From Alkanindiges illinoisensis DSM 15370 (GTDB lineage: Bacteria; Pseudomonadota; Gammaproteobacteria; Pseudomonadales; Moraxellaceae), in contig NZ_JHUX01000003.1 of the NCBI RefSeq assembly GCF_000619845.1, positions 1,030,064-1,062,063 of the forward strand: 32,000 nucleotides of DNA, written 5' to 3'. How positions within the stretch are numbered: the stretch's first letter is position 1; every line of letters starts with the position of its first letter. Shown here piece after piece: positions 25,976-32,000 of the stretch. The position numbers and the translations under genes are program-made. The notes below the pieces were generated by a model that was given only the letters and a program-made list of their open reading frames with translations, had not been told where the DNA came from and did no database searches.

Positions 25976-26752
25976 TTAACTGGCCAGTACTTGCACCAGT
26001 GCTCGCATGGACTCCTCGCCGCCGCCTTGTCGTGTTCCACGCACGGGTGCAGCATCAAAATAATCACGGCCTACGGCTAAATATACATGATGATCAAGCG
26101 AGAAAAGTTGGTTGGACGTATCAAAACAGTACCATTTGCCATTGAGATATACTTCAGCCCACGCATGGGTTGATAAATGCGTGCTGTCACTGCTGTGCAA
26201 ATAACCTGATACATAGCGTGCAGGCAACTTAAGGTGGCGCGTACACGCCAAAAACACGTGTGTATGATCCTGACACACCCCTTGCTCCAGATCAAACGCT
26301 TCAGCCGCTGTAGTCAGGACATTGGTTGACATCGGGGTATAAGGCATACGCTCTAAAATAGCAGCCGATAAATCAATTAAGGCTGATCGGTCAGTACCTT
26401 TGCCGTACTGCGCTATAAAATCCAGCAAAGGTTCATGACAGGTTGTTGTTTCAGTGGCATGAGTAAAAAACATGGGTGACAAACGGTTGTCTTCAATCGC
26501 TTCAGTAGGATTAATCTCAACCTCGCCCTGCGCCATGATCAGCAATTCCTGATGCGGCTGGTTCACAGTCAGGCTGGTCCAGATGTTACCAAAGCCATCC
26601 TGCTGCGTGCATTTAATGCCCGGTGCAGCCAGTTGCCATGCATGTACAATCTGATGTCCAAAGGTTTGTGGTGTTAATCGAATATATTGATTACTTCTTT
26701 TGACTGCACTTTCATAGTTATAGTGCGTTTGATGATTAATCACCAGATTCAT
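25976..26752 (-). CDS. Transglutaminase-like cysteine protease/ligase family protein
   Basis: Candidate Cys-His-Asp triad: GVCQDHTHVF, STHAWAEVY and WYCFDTSN. The start overlaps the alpha-E stop (ATGA, 26749-26752). Confidence 0.88.
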   Translation of the reverse strand: MNLVINHQTHYNYESAVKRSNQYIRLTPQTFGHQIVHAWQLAAPGIKCTQQDGFGNIWTSLTVNQPHQELLIMAQGEVEINPTEAIEDNRLSPMFFTHATETTTCHEPLLDFIAQYGKGTDRSALIDLSAAILERMPYTPMSTNVLTTAAEAFDLEQGVCQDHTHVFLACTRHLKLPARYVSGYLHSSDSTHLSTHAWAEVYLNGKWYCFDTSNQLFSLDHHVYLAVGRDYFDAAPVRGTRQGGGEESMRALVQVLAS

Positions 26753-27351
26753 GGACCCTCCTCAAACAGTGCCTGCATTTGGTCACAGAAACTGTAGAGC
26801 GCAGTAATATCTTTGTTTTGCTGCAATTCGACCCATGGTGCTTCCAGTGCAGTCCAGCCAATCGGTGATAGCATTTCTACTACAGTACGCAAGTCCTGAA
26901 TGGCCATATCGGGAGAACGCTTAAGCCGTAACGCATTGTCAATCTGCTCAATGCACTGGCCCAGTTGCCAGAACAGGCGCACGTTTTCATCTTCATCCAG
27001 CACAGCTTCGCAGCACCCAGAAATCAGTTCACAGACCTTGTTTTTAAATTGCTGCTTGGGATTAGTCAAAATATTGAGTGACTCAAATACTTCCTGACTA
27101 ATGACCCCACGCACACACTGCATGTTTTCACGCACAGCACTAAGGTTTGCAATAATGGAGGCAGGCTGGTTAGGATCCTGTAGCAAGGCATTTAGGGTCT
27201 TGGCATCCCATGCTGACAGGGAAAAAGCATGGGAAAACTGCAAGGCTTCCTGATCATCGGTAAATGGTAATAAGCGGCACAGGCCATCAATCCGGATCAT
27301 GTAGCGACCCAGCCAATACAGGTTGGAAGCCGTGGACAATAGTAAAATCAT
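26749..27351 (-). CDS. Alpha-E domain protein (DUF403-type), short 200-aa version
   Basis: The N-terminus LLSTASNLYWLGRYMIRIDG matches the alpha-E signature (SxxLYWxGRYxER-like). The start overlaps the ATP-grasp stop (ATGA, 27348-27351). Confidence 0.8.
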   Translation of the reverse strand: MILLLSTASNLYWLGRYMIRIDGLCRLLPFTDDQEALQFSHAFSLSAWDAKTLNALLQDPNQPASIIANLSAVRENMQCVRGVISQEVFESLNILTNPKQQFKNKVCELISGCCEAVLDEDENVRLFWQLGQCIEQIDNALRLKRSPDMAIQDLRTVVEMLSPIGWTALEAPWVELQQNKDITALYSFCDQMQALFEEGP

Positions 27352-28907
27352 GCAATGCCTCCTGCTGCATCATGAGTCATTACGGGCAAGGTGGTGTCCT
27401 CCAGATCAATAATCCATGTGTCTTTTGTGCCACCACCCTGTGATGAGTTAACAACCAGGGAACCCTCTGTTAATGCAACACGGGTTAAGCCACCTGGCGT
27501 AATTTTGACCTGCCCGGGACTGCTCAGCACAAAGGGACGCAAATCAATATGACGTGGGGCAATGCCTTCTTCTACCAGTGTCGGACATACGGATAAAGCC
27601 AAAGTAGGTTGGGCAATATACGCAGCAGGGTCATCGGTTAGACGACGGCGAAAATCCTCAAGTTCAGCCTGTGATGCTTTAGGGCCAATCAGCATGCCGT
27701 AGCCACCAGAGCCTTGTGCTTCTTTGACCACCAGCTCTGATAAATGTGCCAGCACGTAATTTAAATCATCTTTTTTACGGCACTGCCATGTAGGAACATT
27801 ATGCAGGATGGGCTTTTCACCCAGATAAAATTCAATCATGTCGCCCACATAAGGATAAATGGACTTATCATCAGCAACGCCAGTACCCGGAGCATTGGCA
27901 ATCATCACTTTTCCAGCGCGGTAAGCAGCCATCAGGCCAGGTACACCCAGCATGCTGTCCGGTCTAAATGCCAGTGGATCGAGGAACGGGTCATCCAGAC
28001 GGCGATAAATCATGTCCACGCGTACTTTGCCACGCACTGATTTCAAGAAAACTTCATTACCTTCAACAAACAGGTCATAGCCATTAACCAGTGGCACGCC
28101 CATTTCACGCGCCAAAAAGGCATGCTCATAATAGGCGCTATTAAAGCGGCCCGGTGTTAGTACCACAATCGTTGGGTTTGCAACCAGTGAGTTGGCAATC
28201 AGGGTTTGTTTGAGTAAGACAGGATAATCATGGACAGGTGAAATTTTATGGCTGGCAAAGATTTCTGGCATTAATTTCTGGCTAATGGAACGGCCTTCCA
28301 GCATATAGGATACCCCGGACGGCGTTCGCAGGTTATCTTCCAGCACATAATACTGGCCATCACCATGACGGATCAGGTCAATGCCACTAATCTGGGCATA
28401 GACCTTCCCCGGCAGGTCTACATTGAGCATCCAGGGCTGGAAGCTGTCGTGGGCAATTACCTGATCGGCTGGCACAATACCCGCGCGAATAATATCCTGA
28501 TGATGATAAACATCATGCAAAAAGGCATTTAAGGCACGGATACGCTGATCGCACCCGGCTTCAAGAATTTTCCATTCTTTTTGTTCAATAATGCGTGGAA
28601 TAATATCAAAAGGAATGACGCGCTCCGTGCCATCTGCATCACTGTATACGGTAAAGGTAATGCCTTTCTTGTAAAAGTGTGAAGTGGCCTGCCCATTGAG
28701 CTTGTTGAGTTGCTCAATGCTTTGCTGGTTAAGCCATTGAAAAAAGTTATGATAACTTTGTCTGATATCACCGTCATCAAGCGACATTTCATTAAAGAAA
28801 CGCGGTAACAAGGTTTGGGCAATATCATAGGGTAAAGCACCACTTGATAATGTATCACTAGCCAAATTGATTGATGTTTCAGAAATCTCACGGGAGATTG
28901 CAGTCAT
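27348..28907 (-). CDS. Circularly permuted ATP-grasp type-2 protein (DUF404/DUF407-type amidoligase)
   Basis: About 519 aa. Its position and motifs (VVLTPG..NSAYYEH.FLA..MG, ANAPGTGVADDK, VVKEAQGSGGYGM) are typical of the family found with alpha-E and transglutaminase. I prefer the start at Met34 of the listed ORF (ATG at 28907-28905), because GAAGGG lies ~8 nt upstream and the first 33 listed residues look non-coding. Confidence 0.85.
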   Translation of the reverse strand: MTAISREISETSINLASDTLSSGALPYDIAQTLLPRFFNEMSLDDGDIRQSYHNFFQWLNQQSIEQLNKLNGQATSHFYKKGITFTVYSDADGTERVIPFDIIPRIIEQKEWKILEAGCDQRIRALNAFLHDVYHHQDIIRAGIVPADQVIAHDSFQPWMLNVDLPGKVYAQISGIDLIRHGDGQYYVLEDNLRTPSGVSYMLEGRSISQKLMPEIFASHKISPVHDYPVLLKQTLIANSLVANPTIVVLTPGRFNSAYYEHAFLAREMGVPLVNGYDLFVEGNEVFLKSVRGKVRVDMIYRRLDDPFLDPLAFRPDSMLGVPGLMAAYRAGKVMIANAPGTGVADDKSIYPYVGDMIEFYLGEKPILHNVPTWQCRKKDDLNYVLAHLSELVVKEAQGSGGYGMLIGPKASQAELEDFRRRLTDDPAAYIAQPTLALSVCPTLVEEGIAPRHIDLRPFVLSSPGQVKITPGGLTRVALTEGSLVVNSSQGGGTKDTWIIDLEDTTLPVMTHDAAGGIA

Positions 28908-29402
28908 GATCGAGCCCTTCTCAAACTTGTAAATCATGTTATGCAAGGCGAATACCAAGTTAGTGAGAAAGCATTTGAAAAATACCAAACACACTGGATT
29001 GCACAAAAAACATGCAGCGCCTAAAACTTATTAATAAACACGATTCCCTTGTGGTGCTATCATGCCCAAAGCGTTTAACCACAGTCATTAGCGTTATTTA
29101 GAGCGAATTGTTTTTAGTGTAACAGCACGTATTTTTTGCAACAAATTTAGCAATTTGCTGTAAGTGCTTTTACTGAACAATTACATGGAGATTTCGTGCT
29201 GCACTAAAAATGAACAAGCCTGCTTTATAAACTGGCAACCGGATAGCAAACTGTGTTCAAAAGACTCATGGATAGCCTTAAAGTCTAAGCAAAAAATAAT
29301 TTGGTCCGACTGGCTAATAAAGTGTGCAATTTTTTGCTATGGTTTAATGAATTCAATGACTGTTGTTAAAACAATGAAAATGCAGGATGGAGATACTGGG
29401 GA

Positions 29403-30548
29403 ATGAGTCTGCCAAAAAAAGCCCAAGCTACAACGCAACCGACGACAACGAAATCAGTGACAGCAAAACCGGAAGCAAAGAAAACCGCCAAATCTGTAGC
29501 GGGCAAAACTGCTGGCACAACCTCCAATGAAAAGGAAACAGTTAATAGTCTATATCGGCAGTGGCAGATTTTATCCAAACTTCCTACCGGCAAATGGATT
29601 GGTACACGCCAGCTTCAGGAACAGTTACAGCGCGAAGGGATTGATATCAGCATCCGTACCATTCAGCGTGATTTGAACCAGATTGCCAGTCGCTTTCCCA
29701 TTGAAAGTAACAAGGAAACGCCGCAAGGCTGGCGCTGGCAGGAAGATGCGCCTATTCAAAGTTTGCCACACATGAATAGCTCGCAAGCAGTGACCTTTAT
29801 GATGGTGGAAGATCACCTCAAGCATTTGCTGCCCCCCAGCCTGCTGGATGAAATGCGACCCTGGTTTGACCTTGCACGCCGCAGCTTGTCCTCTGAACAT
29901 AACAATGTACGCCAGTGGATCAACCGGGTACGGATTGTACCGGCCACCCAGCCGCTGATTCCTCCGGCAGTAGACGCCAGAGCCCAGCAAAGTATTTATG
30001 AAGCCCTGTTGCAGGATCGGCAATTGCGTGTCACTTATAAGGCACGGGCGCATCAGGGTGAGGACACGGTTTATACCTTAAATCCGCTGGCACTGGTACA
30101 ACGTGGTGCCATTATTTACCTGATCTGCACGCGACATGACAAACCGGATGTACGCCAGTTTGCCCTGCACCGGTTTAGCCATGCTACGGTACTGGAAAGC
30201 CGTTCCATGCATCCGGTTAATTTTAATATTGATGAATATCTGGCCGCTGGTGCACTGGGCTTTACTTCGTATAACCAGCAAAGTGTAGAGCCTATTTTTA
30301 TTGAACTGCTGTTTCACGCCAAAGCTGGACAAACCTTTTTTGAGTCACGTTTAAGTGAAGACCAAACTGTAGAAAAACTGGAAAGTGGTGAAGTACGGGT
30401 AACTGCTACTGTGCCATTTACCGCACAACTGGTATGGTGGTTACGCGCCTATGGCCGGATGCTGGTTGACATTAAGCCAGAGTTTCTGGCTGAACAGGTG
30501 CATGAAACTGCATTTTTGCCCAAGCCTGAACCTGTAACTGATGTTTAA
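29403..30548 (+). CDS. WYL-domain transcriptional regulator (wHTH - WYL - C-terminal WCX-like domain) with a ~48-aa Lys/Thr/Ala-rich N-terminal tail
   Basis: HTH: YRQWQILSKLPTGKWIGTRQLQEQLQREGIDISIRTIQRDLNQI. WYL domain: LRVTYKARAHQGEDTVYTLNPLALVQRGAIIYLICTRHDKPDVRQFALHRF. Divergent from the Anbu operon. The only in-frame alternative start I see is the GTG at 29457. Confidence 0.85.
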   Translation: MSLPKKAQATTQPTTTKSVTAKPEAKKTAKSVAGKTAGTTSNEKETVNSLYRQWQILSKLPTGKWIGTRQLQEQLQREGIDISIRTIQRDLNQIASRFPIESNKETPQGWRWQEDAPIQSLPHMNSSQAVTFMMVEDHLKHLLPPSLLDEMRPWFDLARRSLSSEHNNVRQWINRVRIVPATQPLIPPAVDARAQQSIYEALLQDRQLRVTYKARAHQGEDTVYTLNPLALVQRGAIIYLICTRHDKPDVRQFALHRFSHATVLESRSMHPVNFNIDEYLAAGALGFTSYNQQSVEPIFIELLFHAKAGQTFFESRLSEDQTVEKLESGEVRVTATVPFTAQLVWWLRAYGRMLVDIKPEFLAEQVHETAFLPKPEPVTDV

Positions 30549-30582
30549 TTTTTAGAACTTATATAGCAACTCTAAAGATGAT

Positions 30583-32000
30583 CTAGCCTCTGAATTTACG
30601 GGCTTCCTGCATTTCGTTTAGCCGATTTTCTAGTTTGGCCTGCATGCTGTAGTTGTTCTGTGCCAGTTTGCTGGCTCGCATCAATGAACGAATGGCGTTA
30701 TCGACATCACCTTGCCAAAACTGGGTTTCTGCCCGAAAGCGCAACACTTGCAGGGTTTTTAGCGGGCTTTCCGGCAAACGGCTGGCAGCAGCTTCCATGG
30801 TTTGCCATGCCACTAAATCACGCGGATTTTTATTCACCAATGGCTGCAATAGCTCCAGTGCCGCCTGTCCTTTACCCAGTGCGCTATAAGCCCGGGCGGT
30901 GTAGATGGCCAGGGCGCGGTTTTCCGGCATGATCCGGTTTTGAAGCAATATAATTTCCAGTGCCTGCTGGGGCTGGTTGGCCATTAGTTCAATTTCAGTC
31001 TGGGTAATGGCAGCGATAACAGCTTCTGGCTGCTTCTGTGCAAATTGTTTAGCCAATCCACGCGCCTGTTCATACTTGCCCGCTCTGGCATAAAACAGTG
31101 CCAATGCTGGTACAGCGGCGGGATCACGATCGGCAGCAATCACCAGACGATTTTCAGTGACCTGATCACTTAAAACTGCCATACGATATTGCATTACATG
31201 CAGGTTGTTCTCATCGCCCAAATTTAGACTGGTTTTGTGTTTTGGGTGCTGTTTTGGATATTGGGCTGCACGCAGACGCGCCTCACTCATGCGCTCGGTA
31301 GATAACGGATGGGTTAGCCAGAAATCCGGCATAAAGCTGACTGTGCCGGTTTTACGGTTCATGGTTTCAAAAAAGTCTGCCATGGCACTGGGATTATAGC
31401 CCGCTGCATACATCAACTGCATACCGATCCGGTCTGCCTCGCGTTCCTGATTACGGCTATAGGAAAGCTGGCGATCAATCATGGCAGCCTGTGCGCCCAG
31501 TGCCACTGCACCGGCGGCATCCGATGACTGTGAAGCCAGCAAGATACTGGCCAGCATGCTACCCAAGGTAATGAGCGTCTGATTTTTAAAGGCTTCCTTG
31601 CTGCGACTATAATGGCGTTGCGAAACGTGCGCCACTTCATGCCCCATAACTCCTGCCAGCTCATCGATATTTTTAACTGATAATACCAAGCCCGTATTAA
31701 GGGCAAATAAACCGCCCGGTACTGCAAAAGCATTAATGGAATTGTCGTCAATAATAACCAAGCCGAGTGGCGCTGCAATAGTAGAGGCTTTGTCTGCCGC
31801 AGAAGCGCTATAAATCCGGCTAAAAATCTTGCTAAGTTCATCTTGTGTCCAGGGATCTTGGTATAATGGCATTTCCTTGCCAATCTGACGTAAGACCATT
31901 TCTCCCAACTGGGTTTCCTGCTGTTGATCCAGCAGGCTGGTACCCGCACCTAAGTCCGGTATTTCAACGCCAAACACAGTGTCATTATGGCGATGAAACG
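30583..32000 (-). CDS. BepA/YfgC-like periplasmic M48 metalloprotease with C-terminal TPR repeats (5' end lies outside the window)
   Basis: HEVAHVSQRH zinc motif (HExxH), then a downstream EREADRIG. The C-terminal half is TPR-like. The frame stays open upstream of the listed GTG to the window edge, and no signal peptide is seen in the window. Confidence 0.85.
   Translation of the reverse strand, partial: FHRHNDTVFGVEIPDLGAGTSLLDQQQETQLGEMVLRQIGKEMPLYQDPWTQDELSKIFSRIYSASAADKASTIAAPLGLVIIDDNSINAFAVPGGLFALNTGLVLSVKNIDELAGVMGHEVAHVSQRHYSRSKEAFKNQTLITLGSMLASILLASQSSDAAGAVALGAQAAMIDRQLSYSRNQEREADRIGMQLMYAAGYNPSAMADFFETMNRKTGTVSFMPDFWLTHPLSTERMSEARLRAAQYPKQHPKHKTSLNLGDENNLHVMQYRMAVLSDQVTENRLVIAADRDPAAVPALALFYARAGKYEQARGLAKQFAQKQPEAVIAAITQTEIELMANQPQQALEIILLQNRIMPENRALAIYTARAYSALGKGQAALELLQPLVNKNPRDLVAWQTMEAAASRLPESPLKTLQVLRFRAETQFWQGDVDNAIRSLMRASKLAQNNYSMQAKLENRLNEMQEARKFRG

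Noticed and set aside
28908-29006. A 33-codon N-terminal extension of the ATP-grasp ORF (MCNPVCLVFFKCFL...).
   Set aside because: The extension is AT-rich, Cys/Phe-rich and looks non-genic. Met34 (ATG at 28907) has a GAAGGG RBS-like sequence at the proper distance. This remains unverified without alignment to orthologues.
30583-32000. The BepA-like M48/TPR protease lies adjacent to the WYL regulator and Anbu operon. I considered a proteostasis island.
   Set aside because: It is a conserved periplasmic housekeeping-type protease, convergent with the WYL gene and in a different compartment from cytoplasmic Anbu. The adjacency is probably coincidental, and only a synteny survey could say otherwise.
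1-32000. I scanned for CRISPR arrays, tRNA or rRNA genes, IS elements or transposases, integrases and prophage genes.
   Set aside because: I saw no regularly spaced repeats, no cloverleaf-sized conserved intergenic segments and no ORFs with recombinase or transposase motifs. All intergenic gaps are under 500 bp. tRNAscan, Infernal and ISfinder-type tools would be needed to confirm.

Overview
This looks like a chromosomal core region of a gammaproteobacterium, probably Acinetobacter or another Moraxellaceae. That assignment is my inference from protein sequences and gene order and was not checked against a database.

Gene content, left to right:
- (1) A plus-strand nitrate-assimilation block: the nirB 3' part, a NirD-flavoreductase fusion and nasA. 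A full molybdenum-cofactor supply set follows directly: mobA, moaA, a small orphan ORF, moaD, moaE, an alpha/beta hydrolase, a moaC-moaB/mog fusion and moeA.
- (2) A 470-bp AT-rich control region, then cyoABCDE (cytochrome bo3 ubiquinol oxidase plus heme O synthase).
- (3) A tightly coupled pair of unknown function: a 724-aa secreted cysteine-containing helical protein and a 250-aa lipoprotein.
- (4) rpsF-rpsR-rplI, dnaB and alr.
- (5) A very AT-rich 159-aa orphan membrane-protein gene, bounded exactly by a 9-bp direct repeat.
- (6) On the minus strand, a complete four-gene Anbu operon: circularly permuted ATP-grasp, alpha-E, transglutaminase-like protease and the Anbu proteasome-like Ntn hydrolase.
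- (7) A divergent WYL-domain regulator with an unusual Lys/Thr/Ala-rich N-terminal tail.
- (8) The 3' part of a BepA-like M48/TPR protease.

I could not recognise any rRNA, tRNA, CRISPR array, IS element or integrase.

The best candidate for a poorly understood system is the Anbu operon together with its divergent WYL regulator. Secondary oddities are the repeat-flanked AT-rich orphan gene, the low-GC 87-aa ORF inside the moa operon, and the secreted-protein/lipoprotein pair.

All functional calls rest on motif-level recognition of the supplied translations. No searches were run.
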